Shown here: positions 20,484 to 29,555 of the stretch, piece by piece | Position numbering within the stretch: position 1 is the first letter of the stretch | Layout of the letters: the number at the start of each line of letters is the position of its first letter | Assembly (NCBI GenBank): GCA_046541715.1 | Contig: JBKHCS010000004.1 | Coordinates: 2,486 to 66,485, forward strand | From: Spirochaetaceae bacterium | GTDB taxonomy: Bacteria; Spirochaetota; Spirochaetia; DSM-27196; PWMO01 | Direction: 5' to 3' | DNA: 64,000 nt | The notes under the pieces: model-generated | Told to the model about the DNA's origin: nothing | The model's input: the letters and a program-made list of their open reading frames with translations, nothing else | Databases searched by the model: none | Position numbers and translations under genes: made by a program

Positions 20484-21712
20484 TGAGGATCACTGATACC
20501 ACCTCGGTGCCGAAGCACTATGCAACCGAGCGACAGCTCTTTCTCCGGGGGAAAGGCTCCTACCTCTTCGATAACGGTGGGGCCAAGTACCTCGACCTCG
20601 GTGCCGGAATCGCCGTAAACGCCCTCGGCTACGGCCGCCGAGACCTCGCCCGAGTAGCCGCCCGGCAGATGCGAAAGGTTGTTCACGTATCCAATCTCTA
20701 CGCGACCGAAGCTGCCCTCGAGTTGGGAGACCGGCTGGTCCATTCCTGGCCTGGGGATCCCGAGCGATTCGCCGCCTGCTTTTTCGGCAATAGCGGGACC
20801 GAAGCCAACGAAGCGGCAATCAAGTTCGCCCGGCTCTACGCTCACGAGAAGAAGGGGCCCGGAAACCACCGGCTGGTAAGTTTCGAGAAGGCCTTCCACG
20901 GCCGGACCTTGGGAGCCCTCGCGATAACGCCGACCCCGGCGTACCGGGAGAAGTTCGAGCCTTTGATGCCCGGGACCGAGACCCTGCCGTATAACGATCC
21001 CGAGGCCCTGGCGGCAGGGTTGGATTCCGGGGTGGCCGGGGTCATCGTCGAGCCGGTTCAGGGAGAAGGGGGCCTCGAGGTCATGACGCCTGAATTCGCC
21101 GCCCGGCTAAACGAGCTCTGCCGGCGACACGACATCATCCTGATCGCCGACGAAATTCAGACCGGTCTCGGGCGGACCGGAGAGCTCTACGGGAGCCGCG
21201 TGGTGGGCCTCGAGCCTGACATCGTCTCCCTCTCCAAGCCCTTGGCCGGTGGGCTCCCGCTGTCGGCGACTCTGATCCCGGCGCGGGTCAACGACCTGCT
21301 ACACCCCGGGGACCACGGCACCACCTTCGGTGGTGGCCCCGTGACCTGCGCCGTCGCCCTGAAGGTTTGGGAAACCGTCGCGGATACCGCGTTTCTCGCG
21401 GAGGTTCGGCGGAAGGCGGCCCTCCTCGACGGGCTCCTCCGGGAGACGGCCGAAACCAACCCGGCGGTCGAGGGCCTTTGGGGCATCGGATTGTTGAGGG
21501 GCATCGGCCTCCGGCTCCCGGAAGGCCGGGAGAAGGAAACAATGAAGTCGGTAATAGACGCCGCAGCCGCCCGGGGGGTCTTGATTTTGCGTTCCGGGGC
21601 AAACCGGATTCGCATTGCGCCGCCGTTGACCATTACCGACGCCGAGCTCCGTCGGGGCATCGGCATAGTCAGAGAGGTTCTGGCTGCGTGGCAACGTGTA
21701 ACGAAGCAGTAA
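20483..21712 (+). CDS. argD: acetylornithine aminotransferase
   Basis: Class III aminotransferase: LIADEIQTGLGRTG and SLSKPLAGGLP (PLP Lys). The ATG shares one base with the argB TGA. Confidence 0.88.
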   Translation: MRITDTTSVPKHYATERQLFLRGKGSYLFDNGGAKYLDLGAGIAVNALGYGRRDLARVAARQMRKVVHVSNLYATEAALELGDRLVHSWPGDPERFAACFFGNSGTEANEAAIKFARLYAHEKKGPGNHRLVSFEKAFHGRTLGALAITPTPAYREKFEPLMPGTETLPYNDPEALAAGLDSGVAGVIVEPVQGEGGLEVMTPEFAARLNELCRRHDIILIADEIQTGLGRTGELYGSRVVGLEPDIVSLSKPLAGGLPLSATLIPARVNDLLHPGDHGTTFGGGPVTCAVALKVWETVADTAFLAEVRRKAALLDGLLRETAETNPAVEGLWGIGLLRGIGLRLPEGREKETMKSVIDAAAARGVLILRSGANRIRIAPPLTITDAELRRGIGIVREVLAAWQRVTKQ

Positions 21713-21728
21713 GGAGAACGGAATAGAG

Positions 21729-23003
21729 ATGGCAGGCAAAGGCGAGATAAAAAAGATTGTTTTGGCGTACTCCGGCGGATTGGACACGTCCATCATCATC
21801 CCCTGGCTGAAGGAGCACTACAACGACCCCGAGATAATCGGCGTTTGTACCGACGTCGGGCAGAACGAGGACTGGGAGGCGATGCACAAAAAGGCGCTGG
21901 CCTCCGGAGCATCGAAGCTCCATGTTCTCGATGTCCGGGAGGAGTTCGTCAACGATTTCCTCTTCCCGATGCTCCGGGCGGGAGCGATTTACGAAGGCAA
22001 GTACCTCCTGGGAACCTCGATCGCCCGGCCGCTTCAGGCGAAGCACCAGGTCCGGATTGCCCTGGAAGAGGGCGCAGACGCCCTGGCCCACGGCTGTACC
22101 GGGAAGGGAAACGATCAGGTCCGATTCGAGCTTACCTACAAGGCGCTGGCTCCCCATCTGGAAGTCATTGCCCCCTGGCGTCTCTGGGACATCCGGAGCC
22201 GGGAACAGGCAATCGACTACGCGAAGAAGCACGACATCCCTATCGGGGACATCTCGAAGAAGAATATCTATTCCCGGGACTGGAATATCTGGCACATGAG
22301 CCACGAGGGCGGGGAGCTGGAAAACACCTGGAACCGGCCGAACGAGGATATGTATCTCTTGACTGCGTCTCCCCAAGAGGCTCCCGACAAGGAGACCGAG
22401 GTCTCGATAGAGTTCGAGAAGGGCTTTCCGGTCGGTGTCGACGGAGCGCGGATGGATCCGCTGCCACTTCTCGAAAAGCTCAACCGGCTCGGAGCGGAGA
22501 ACGGCGTCGGCCGCGCCGACCTGGTGGAGACGCGGGTCGTCGGGATGAAGAGCCGGGGCGTCTACGAGACCCCGGGAGGGACGATTCTCTTTCGGGCCCT
22601 CCGGGAGTTGGAGATGATAACCCTCGATTCGGATACCCTGGCGATGAAGAACTCGATGGCTCTTCAGTACGCGGGAATCGTCTACGCGGGAAAGTGGTTT
22701 ACCCATTTCCGGGAGTGCCTCGACGCCTACATGGGCAAGGCGTCTCAGTATATGACCGGCACCGTACGCCTGACTCTCTACAAGGGAAACGTCATCGTTA
22801 CCGGGAGAAAGTCCCAATACTCCCTCTACCTCGAAGACTTGGCTTCCTTCGGCGAGAGTAGCTACGATCACGGCGATGCCACCGGCTTTATAAAGCTCTA
22901 CGGCCTTGCCACAGGGGTGGCTTCCATTGTTCACAAGCACGACGAGGCCGACACCGGCCCCGCGAAGGAGATGCGGGGCATGGCGGGCTTCCACGAAAAG
23001 TAG
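21729..23003 (+). CDS. argG: argininosuccinate synthase
   Basis: AYSGGLDTS ATP-binding motif, GCTGKGNDQVRFE and full-length homology. Confidence 0.95.
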   Translation: MAGKGEIKKIVLAYSGGLDTSIIIPWLKEHYNDPEIIGVCTDVGQNEDWEAMHKKALASGASKLHVLDVREEFVNDFLFPMLRAGAIYEGKYLLGTSIARPLQAKHQVRIALEEGADALAHGCTGKGNDQVRFELTYKALAPHLEVIAPWRLWDIRSREQAIDYAKKHDIPIGDISKKNIYSRDWNIWHMSHEGGELENTWNRPNEDMYLLTASPQEAPDKETEVSIEFEKGFPVGVDGARMDPLPLLEKLNRLGAENGVGRADLVETRVVGMKSRGVYETPGGTILFRALRELEMITLDSDTLAMKNSMALQYAGIVYAGKWFTHFRECLDAYMGKASQYMTGTVRLTLYKGNVIVTGRKSQYSLYLEDLASFGESSYDHGDATGFIKLYGLATGVASIVHKHDEADTGPAKEMRGMAGFHEK

Positions 23004-24744
23004 ACGTTTCGGGCGGTCCCTGGTTCTTCTGCTCCTGCTTGCGCCCGGGATCGCAGATGCCGAGGCGCGGATAACCGGCGGTGTGCTGGATCTCCGTAAT
23101 TGGGTTCCGGACCACAGCATCGCTCTCGAGGGAGATTGGGAGTACGTCGATTCTCTCGCCGACCCGGCGACGGCGGAGGACGCGACGTTCCGCCGGGTTC
23201 CCCACGTATGGCCGGGGGGAAGCGATGGGCGCGGTTACGGCACCGCGAGTTACCGTCTGACGATTCTTTTGACGCCGGACACCCCTCCTCTCGATATACG
23301 CTTTTCCCGGATGCTCTCGGCGTACCGTGTATTGATCAACGGACAGGAGGCGGCCCGGGCGGGCACCCCGGGGCCGACCCGGGAGCAAACCATTCCAAGC
23401 CGAAAGTCCGAGACCATTCGCCTTACCCCCTACGGGGATGTCGTCGAGGTGACCGTCCAGCTGGCGAACTTTCGCTACTACGGCGGCGGCTTCGCCGAGG
23501 CACCGGTCCTCGGTCCCGCCGGACGGGCGGACGCGGCCGCCCGGCGGAGGACTCTCCTGGAGTTCTTTGTTCTCGGGGGGCTGGTCACCGTCGGGCTCTA
23601 CCACCTGGGATTGGCTACCCAGCGCCCGGAGGAGCGAAGCAACATACTGTTCGGCGCCACGGCGATGGTTCTTTCGCTCCGGACCTTCTTAGCGGGGAAC
23701 CTCCAGGCGGACACCCTGATGTCGCTCTTCGGCTGGGAGGCATTTACCACCCTCCTCTACCTGACTCTCTACGCGGGGGTCGTCGTCTTTACCGCCTATT
23801 GCCGTTCGGTCTTTCCCGCGGAGTTCCATCGACCGGTTCTCCTCGGAACCGTCGGTCTGAGTGCAATTCTGGCCCTCGGGGTAATCGTGCTGCCTAGCTG
23901 GATCTACACCGCGAGCTTGAGACCCTACCTCCTCTTTACCGCGGGACTGGTCGTCTATACCGTAGCCGTGGCGGTCCGGGCGGCCCTCCACCGGCGGGAC
24001 GGGGCAATCGTCTTTCTGACCGGGACCCTTCTCCTCGCGGTGGCCCTGATCCGGGACGCCACCGCGGGGAGCGTTCCGACGCATACTAGTCCTCTTTTGC
24101 CCCTCGGCGCCCTGGTGTTCACCTTTTTCCAAGCGGTCATCCTTTCGAACCGGGTGTCCCAGTCCATGAACGAGGTGGAGGAGCTCCTCCGTGACCAACA
24201 GCGGCTTATCGGCGAAAACGCGTCGCTCAAAGATCTAACCTACATCGACGCCCTGACGGACATTGCCAACCGCCGCCGGTTCAACGAGACTCTCGAAATC
24301 GAATGGGCCCGGGGCATACGCCACGGACGGCCTTTGAGCCTCCTGATGATCGACATCGACTACTTCAAGCCGTACAACGACGCCTACGGCCACGGCCAGG
24401 GGGATATTTGCCTTCAGCGAGTCGCCGCTATCCTGAGCTCCGGCCTCCGGCGGACCGTCGATTTCGTCGCCCGGTACGGCGGCGAGGAGTTTGCGGTTAT
24501 TCTTCCGGATACGGATATCGAGGGCGCTCAATCGGCCGGAGAACACCTCCGCCGGCAGGTCGAAGAGGCGGGTATTACCCACGACCACTCCCTGGTAGCA
24601 CCCGTTGTGACAATTAGCGTCGGGGCGGCGACGGTGGTGCCTTCGACGACGGACTCACCGTATTCCCTCGTCGAGCACGCCGACCGGGCCCTCTACATGG
24701 CGAAACAACAGGGACGAAATCGGTTGGTGCGGTTCGTGTCTTAG
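22927..24744 (+). CDS. 7TMR-DISM-type membrane sensor diguanylate cyclase (GGEEF, intact I-site)
   Basis: Signal-like KSRRFGRSLVLLLLLAPGIADA, then a DISMED2-like periplasmic region (LDLRNW...LEGDWEY), seven hydrophobic helices, and GGDEF with RTVD-x5-GGEEF. The start is uncertain. TTG 22927 has GGGGTGG 6 nt upstream and is the nearest canonical start. It overlaps argG by 77 nt. Confidence 0.8.
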   Translation: MFTSTTRPTPAPRRRCGAWRASTKSRRFGRSLVLLLLLAPGIADAEARITGGVLDLRNWVPDHSIALEGDWEYVDSLADPATAEDATFRRVPHVWPGGSDGRGYGTASYRLTILLTPDTPPLDIRFSRMLSAYRVLINGQEAARAGTPGPTREQTIPSRKSETIRLTPYGDVVEVTVQLANFRYYGGGFAEAPVLGPAGRADAAARRRTLLEFFVLGGLVTVGLYHLGLATQRPEERSNILFGATAMVLSLRTFLAGNLQADTLMSLFGWEAFTTLLYLTLYAGVVVFTAYCRSVFPAEFHRPVLLGTVGLSAILALGVIVLPSWIYTASLRPYLLFTAGLVVYTVAVAVRAALHRRDGAIVFLTGTLLLAVALIRDATAGSVPTHTSPLLPLGALVFTFFQAVILSNRVSQSMNEVEELLRDQQRLIGENASLKDLTYIDALTDIANRRRFNETLEIEWARGIRHGRPLSLLMIDIDYFKPYNDAYGHGQGDICLQRVAAILSSGLRRTVDFVARYGGEEFAVILPDTDIEGAQSAGEHLRRQVEEAGITHDHSLVAPVVTISVGAATVVPSTTDSPYSLVEHADRALYMAKQQGRNRLVRFVS

Positions 24745-24835
24745 GAGGGCATCGGATGCCGGGATTCCTCCCCATTGCAAAAATCGGCCACAGCGGCAAA
24801 AGTGATACTGCTACGTAACGAGGAGGCATGTCGCC

Positions 24836-26419
24836 ATGTCATCATTGACCTATCAGAATCTAGATGAATCAAAGGCATTTGAAAAGCTTCAGACGATCTC
24901 CCCGTGGGATGTCACCCAGCTGTCCCCCCAACGGCTCCGGGAGAATATTGTTCCCGCCGGCGGGGAGATGAGCTACTGCTTCGGTGCCAAGGCCGTAGAC
25001 GACTCGACCTTGCGGTTGCTTTCGGACTTGGCCCGGGAGCAGCAGTGTATCGAGAAGTATCTGGCGCTTGCTCGGGGGGAGGTGATGAACACCGGGGAAA
25101 AGCGAATGGTTCTCCATCACCTGACCCGGGGTGTCCTGGCCCAGGAGGTCTCCCACCACGGGAAGAACCTCCGGGAGTTCTACGAGGAGCAGCGGAAACG
25201 GTTCGGGGAGTTTGCCCGGAGCGTTCAGTCGGGTGCTCTAACCGCACCGTCGGGTAAGCGCTTTACGTCGGTGGTTCAGATCGGCATCGGGGGCTCGGAC
25301 CTGGGCCCCCGGGCCCTCTACCTCGCCCTGGAGCACCTTGCCCGGGCGGAAGGGTTCGGGCCGAAACTGCCCGCCTCTTTTATCTCCAACGTCGATCCGG
25401 ACGATGCGGCGGCGGTACTAAAGAGTATCGACCTTACCACGGCCCTCTTTGTCCTGGTTTCGAAGAGCGGCACCACCCAAGAGACGCTGACAAACGAAGC
25501 CTTCGTCCTCGAGGCGCTCTCCGGCGCCGGTATCCCGAATGAAGAGGCGCGGAAACACGTGGCAGTCGTCACCTCCGAGACGAGCCCCTTGGCGGGGAAC
25601 AGCGATTACCTCGACGGCTTTTACTTCGACGACTTTATCGGTGGCCGGTATTCGTCTACGAGCGCCGTGGGCGGGGTTATGCTTTCCCTGGCCTTCGGCC
25701 CCGAGATATTCGAGGAGCTTCTCGAGGGAGCCCATGAGGCAGACCGCCGGGCCCTGGTGGACGATCCTCTCAAGAACGCGGCGCTTCTCGACGCGCTTAT
25801 CGGCGTCTACGAGCGTAACGTCCTGGAGCTCCCCGCCACCGCCGTTTTGCCCTACAGCCAGGGGCTCCACCGGTTCCCGGCGCATCTCCAGCAGTTGGAT
25901 ATGGAGAGCAACGGAAAGTCGGTCAACCGGGAGGGAGACCCGGTTGACTACTCAACCGGCCCACTCGTTTTCGGCGAGCCGGGAACGAACGGACAGCACA
26001 GCTTCTACCAGCTGCTCCACCAGGGCACCGACATCATTCCCCTGCAGTTTATCGGTTTTCGCGAGTCCCAAATGAGGGAGGACATCGAGTATGCGGGGTC
26101 GTCGAGCCAGACCAAGCTCAATGCGAACCTGGCCGCCCAAATCGTCGCCTTCGCCCGGGGTAAGGAAGATTCCAATCCGAACAAGTCCTTCGCCGGCGGC
26201 CGCCCGTCGAGCATTCTTTTCGGAGATCGCCTGACACCCCGGAACCTCGGGGCGCTCTTGGCCCACTTCGAGAACAAGGTGATGTTCCAAGGCTTTCTGT
26301 GGAATATCAACTCCTTCGACCAGGAGGGAGTGCAGCTCGGCAAGGTCCTGACCAACGAGGTCCTCGGCGGAAAGGCCGATCCGGTGTTGTCCGAGGCCGC
26401 AAAGCTGTTGGGGCTCTAG
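24836..26419 (+). CDS. pgi: glucose-6-phosphate isomerase
   Basis: 527 aa with PGI family motifs (GIGGSDLGP, SKSGTTQET, GEPGTNGQHSFYQL). GAGGAGG lies 9 nt upstream. Confidence 0.93.
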   Translation: MSSLTYQNLDESKAFEKLQTISPWDVTQLSPQRLRENIVPAGGEMSYCFGAKAVDDSTLRLLSDLAREQQCIEKYLALARGEVMNTGEKRMVLHHLTRGVLAQEVSHHGKNLREFYEEQRKRFGEFARSVQSGALTAPSGKRFTSVVQIGIGGSDLGPRALYLALEHLARAEGFGPKLPASFISNVDPDDAAAVLKSIDLTTALFVLVSKSGTTQETLTNEAFVLEALSGAGIPNEEARKHVAVVTSETSPLAGNSDYLDGFYFDDFIGGRYSSTSAVGGVMLSLAFGPEIFEELLEGAHEADRRALVDDPLKNAALLDALIGVYERNVLELPATAVLPYSQGLHRFPAHLQQLDMESNGKSVNREGDPVDYSTGPLVFGEPGTNGQHSFYQLLHQGTDIIPLQFIGFRESQMREDIEYAGSSSQTKLNANLAAQIVAFARGKEDSNPNKSFAGGRPSSILFGDRLTPRNLGALLAHFENKVMFQGFLWNINSFDQEGVQLGKVLTNEVLGGKADPVLSEAAKLLGL

Positions 26420-26430
26420 ACCGCCGGCGG

Positions 26431-26685
26431 CTATCGGCGCCGGCGGCCGGCCCCCCTCGAGACCACGACCCCGAGCCCGAGGCCGACGGCTCCGGCGATC
26501 AGAATGCTTTGCCGAGCGTCGGTAACACCGGTAACGTTCTGCGCGAAACTGCCGACGAGGTTCTCCGGCATGCGCAAGACGGTCTGAATCGGGATGTATT
26601 CCCCGGCAACCCGCCCGAATATGAGATAGCCCACGACAAGGCCTACGATTCCAAAGACGACAGCCGACACGAGAACTCGTTTCAT
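26431..26685 (-). CDS. small membrane protein (84 aa, two predicted TM helices)
   Basis: ATG 26685 has AGGAG 6 nt upstream. There are two hydrophobic stretches and a C-terminal RRRR. No family recognised. Confidence 0.55.
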   Translation of the reverse strand: MKRVLVSAVVFGIVGLVVGYLIFGRVAGEYIPIQTVLRMPENLVGSFAQNVTGVTDARQSILIAGAVGLGLGVVVSRGAGRRRR

Positions 26686-26793
26686 CAACTACTCCTTTCG
26701 TGATAAGAATGTAGCACGGTAGCAAGTAGTTGGCTAACGGCGGCGGAATCTGGTATTGTAAAAAGATAAAACATTATCTATTTAGGAGCCACC

Positions 26794-27867
26794 ATGGAGC
26801 GCTTGTTTAACTTCTATCCCGGGCCGGCAACGCTGCCCCTCTCGGTTCTCGAGAGGCTGCAGAGGGACCTCGTCGATTTTCACGGTCACGGCCTCTCGCT
26901 TCTCGAGACGAGCCATCGGAGCTCCGAGTACGACGCGGTCCACAACCGCGCGGTGGATCTCGTAGCCGAGCTCTTGGGTCTTGGGGAAGAGCACACCGTC
27001 CTGCTTCTCGGCGGGGGCGCAACGCTTCAATTTGCGATGGCACCGATGAACCTTCTCCGGGAGGGCGAGAGCGGCGACTACATCGTGAGCGGATCCTGGT
27101 CGAAGAAGGCGGCCGACGATGCCCGAATCGTCGGTCAAGCCTCGGTTGTATTCGACGGCAAGGAAAGCGGCTACACGACCCTTCCGGACACCGTGACGCC
27201 CTCGCAGAATGCGCGCTACGTCTACCTCTGCAGCAACGAGACCATCGGCGGCGTTCAGTGGAAGGAATTCCCGAAGATAGGCAAGCCCCTCGTCGCGGAT
27301 ATGTCCAGCGACCTGATGAGCCGACGTTTCGACCCGAAACCCTTCGGTGTCTTCTTTGCCTGCGCCCAGAAGAACCTCGGCCCCGCCGGCGTAACAGTCG
27401 TGGTCGTCCGGAAAGACGTTCTCGCGGAAGCTCCGGAAAAGCTGCCGGCCTATCTTTCGTACGCGATCCACGCCGACAAAAACTCCCTCTACAACACGCC
27501 TCCTGTCTTCGCCGTCTGGGCTTTGGCGGAGACCCTCGCCTGGCAGAAGGATCAGGGGGGCCTCGGGGCGATCGAGGAGCGGAACGAGGCGAAGGCCCGG
27601 TTGGTTTACGACGCTATCGACGAAAGCGACGGGTTCTACACCTGTCCGGCGGATTCTACCTACCGCTCGACGATGAACGTCGTGTTTACCCTTCCGTCGA
27701 AAGAGCTCGAGGCGGCGTTTCTCGAGGGCACAAAGGCCCAGGGCATGGTCGGCCTCAAGGGCCATCGGAGCGTCGGCGGCTGCCGGGCGTCCCTCTACAA
27801 CGCGCTCCCCTTAGAAGCCGCAGAGCGCCTTGCTGAATTTATGCAGACTTTTCGACGGAAAAATTGA
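26794..27867 (+). CDS. serC: phosphoserine aminotransferase
   Basis: The FYPGPATLP N-terminus, SHRS motif and full-length SerC-like sequence. AGGAG lies upstream. Confidence 0.93.
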   Translation: MERLFNFYPGPATLPLSVLERLQRDLVDFHGHGLSLLETSHRSSEYDAVHNRAVDLVAELLGLGEEHTVLLLGGGATLQFAMAPMNLLREGESGDYIVSGSWSKKAADDARIVGQASVVFDGKESGYTTLPDTVTPSQNARYVYLCSNETIGGVQWKEFPKIGKPLVADMSSDLMSRRFDPKPFGVFFACAQKNLGPAGVTVVVVRKDVLAEAPEKLPAYLSYAIHADKNSLYNTPPVFAVWALAETLAWQKDQGGLGAIEERNEAKARLVYDAIDESDGFYTCPADSTYRSTMNVVFTLPSKELEAAFLEGTKAQGMVGLKGHRSVGGCRASLYNALPLEAAERLAEFMQTFRRKN

Positions 27868-27892
27868 CGACCAACATTCTTGGTGCTATCCT
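27864..27892 (+). promoter_or_regulatory. promoter-like site at the serC stop, facing the large non-coding gap
   Basis: TTGACG-17-TATCCT. The -35 overlaps the serC TGA. Confidence 0.3.
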
Positions 27893-27898
27893 TTTAAC

Positions 27899-28151
27899 TG
27901 TCAGGAGGTTAATACGGTACGAAGGGTCCGACGCAGTCGGACAGAGCATTCGGCGATTTTAATTGCAGGGAGGTAGCCACGATGGAACCGCCTGTCACGA
28001 AACGCCGGTCGAGCCGGCCTATTAACAGACCTTTTTTTGTCAGGCCCCAAGAGGCCTCATTTGCGAGTGAACAAGAACGATAATCGCGTATTGTAAGACT
28101 ACGCGAGCGTATCGATTCAAATAGCCGGTAGTGAGTACCGGCTATTTTTTT
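27899..28151 (+). ncRNA. candidate structured ncRNA or small-protein transcript of unknown family
   Basis: The 296-nt gap has no ORF of 60 aa or more in any frame and is visibly less GC-rich than its flanks. It is bounded by the promoter-like site and by a strong T7 terminator. Local hairpins lie at 27926-27942, 28004-28018 and 28042-28057, and GTTAATA (27908-14) can pair long-range with TATTAAC (28020-26). I recognise no known RNA family. Confidence 0.25.
28119..28151. terminator. bidirectional rho-independent terminator (stronger in the plus direction)
   Basis: ATAGCCGGTA gtgag TACCGGCTAT forms a 10-bp stem that AT pairs can extend. It is followed by a T-run through 28151 (about 6-7 T, the first shared with the stem) on the plus strand and by TTTGAAT on the minus strand. 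It lies 13 nt from the pfk stop. Confidence 0.7.
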
Positions 28152-28163
28152 GCGCTGCTCCCA

Positions 28164-29477
28164 CTACGCCATCACAACCGGCTGGTGGGTGGCCTCGATG
28201 ACATCCCGCCAGAGGCTGCTTTCGGGATCGATGCGATTCCGGGTCGATACCGCCAACTCCATCGGCAAGTGGACGAAAGTGTTGTTGATAAGGCTGATGA
28301 GCGTCTTGGTCTTTCCCGCCATTGCCGCGTGGACCGCGTTGTTCCCCAACCGAAAACAGTAGAGGGAGTCCGTCGGCGAGGCGACGGCGCTCCGGATAAT
28401 GTAGCTCGGGTCGATGTACTTGAGGTTGAAGGGAATCCCCTTTCCGTTGAGATACCGCGATATCTGGTCCCGGAGAAAGACTCCGATATCGCCGAGCTTC
28501 TTGTTGCCGCTGGCGTCCTTTCCGACCTTGGCCGCGAGGAGCTCTTGTCCCGCCCCTTCGGCAACCACAATGGCGGCGTGGTTCCGCCGTTCGAGCCGCT
28601 TCTCGATATGCCGGAAGAGGCCATTGGGACCCTCGAGCTGAAACTTGACTTCCGGGACAAGTACAAAATTGACTTCGTGACTCGCCAGCGCCGTGTGGGC
28701 TGCGATAAAGCCCGACTCCCTGCCCATCAGTTTGACGAGACCGATCCCGTTGATCGCCGAGTGGGCTTCCGAATGGGCGGCGGATACCGCCTCGACCGCC
28801 TTGGCCACCGCGGTTTCAAAGCCAAAGGACTTCTGAATAAAGCTCAGGTCGTTGTCGATGGTCTTCGGGATTCCAACGACGCCTATCTTAAGGCCCCGCT
28901 TTTCGATCTCTTCTGCCATCGCCAGGGCGCCCTTCTGGGTCCCGTCACCGCCGATGGTAAAGAGCATATTCACGTTCATCCGCTCGAGGGCGTCGACGAG
29001 GTCTCCGGTCCGCTCGCCACCACCCCGGGAGGAGCCGAGAACCGTCCCACCGATCTTGTGGATGTCGTCGACGTTGTCGACGGTTAGCTCGATGGCCGAG
29101 AAGTTGTTCTCCGGCAAGAGCCCCTGGTAGCCGAATCGAATACCGGTAACCCGGTGAACATCGTAACGATGGATCAGACAGCGTGCTATCGCCCGAATGA
29201 CGTCGTTGAGCCCGGGACAGAGCCCTCCGCAGGTGACGACGGCGGCGTGGACGTGCCGGGGAGAGAAAAAAATCTTCTCCCGGGGCCCGGCTTTCTGGAG
29301 CAGATTCTTCGCCTCGATGGCTTTTACCCCTTCCCGGGCCCGAACGTCGATGTCGTAGAGAACGCAATCGTCGTCTTCCACGTAGTTGGCGATAGCGTCC
29401 CCCTGGACGCGGCTGTATTCGATAGGGGACGGAATCTTTGGGGAACCGAGGGTCGGGACGGTAAAGTCGAAGCTCAT
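28164..29477 (-). CDS. pfk: 6-phosphofructokinase (long, plant/trypanosome-like clade; phosphoryl donor not certain)
   Basis: 437 aa with [20 protein letters not shown] and IPKTIDNDL. The GGDG motif suggests ATP use, while the PKTIDND Lys is shared with PPi enzymes. Confidence 0.88.
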   Translation of the reverse strand: MSFDFTVPTLGSPKIPSPIEYSRVQGDAIANYVEDDDCVLYDIDVRAREGVKAIEAKNLLQKAGPREKIFFSPRHVHAAVVTCGGLCPGLNDVIRAIARCLIHRYDVHRVTGIRFGYQGLLPENNFSAIELTVDNVDDIHKIGGTVLGSSRGGGERTGDLVDALERMNVNMLFTIGGDGTQKGALAMAEEIEKRGLKIGVVGIPKTIDNDLSFIQKSFGFETAVAKAVEAVSAAHSEAHSAINGIGLVKLMGRESGFIAAHTALASHEVNFVLVPEVKFQLEGPNGLFRHIEKRLERRNHAAIVVAEGAGQELLAAKVGKDASGNKKLGDIGVFLRDQISRYLNGKGIPFNLKYIDPSYIIRSAVASPTDSLYCFRLGNNAVHAAMAGKTKTLISLINNTFVHLPMELAVSTRNRIDPESSLWRDVIEATHQPVVMA

Positions 29478-29483
29478 AAGGGC

Positions 29484-29512
29484 ACTTTAGTGAATTTCCG
29501 AGATGCGCTCAA
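29484..29512 (-). promoter_or_regulatory. sigma70-like promoter, leaderless geometry, for pfk
   Basis: TTGAGC-17-TAAAGT on the minus strand, then 6 nt to ATG 29477, with no SD. Confidence 0.4.
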
Positions 29513-29519
29513 CGTCGGA

Positions 29520-29548
29520 TTGACCGGGACACCAAAGCGCTCTACCCT
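29520..29548 (+). promoter_or_regulatory. sigma70-like promoter, leaderless geometry, for galE
   Basis: TTGACC-17-TACCCT, then 7 nt to ATG 29556, with no SD. Confidence 0.4.
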
Positions 29549-29555
29549 CAGCAGC

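Noticed and set aside
21669-23120. 483-aa ORF antisense to argG; similar long antisense ORFs at 26782-27765 (serC), 28131-29087 (pfk), 41825-42877 (ABC ATPase), 44044-44919 (MCP-like), 10599-11723 (secD), 57095-58318 (glmS/cNMP) and 845-1681 (carboxypeptidase)
   Set aside because: Each one is opposite a gene with strong family motifs. None has recognisable motifs, an SD or a promoter.
27920-28000. Possible ZTP (pfl) or other riboswitch in the serC-pfk gap (GGCG..., GGGAGG..., CCGCCTG resemble parts of the pfl consensus)
   Set aside because: The CCGCCUGGGC core is not present (the sequence is CCGCCTGTCA). No downstream plus-strand gene exists to regulate. The resemblance is limited to short GC strings.
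27982-28083. 33-codon ORF with GGGAGG 8 nt upstream
   Set aside because: It is not called as a CDS. Only about half of its third codon positions are G or C, well below what the surrounding GC-rich genes appear to show, and I recognise no family. It is kept as an alternative explanation within the ncRNA finding.
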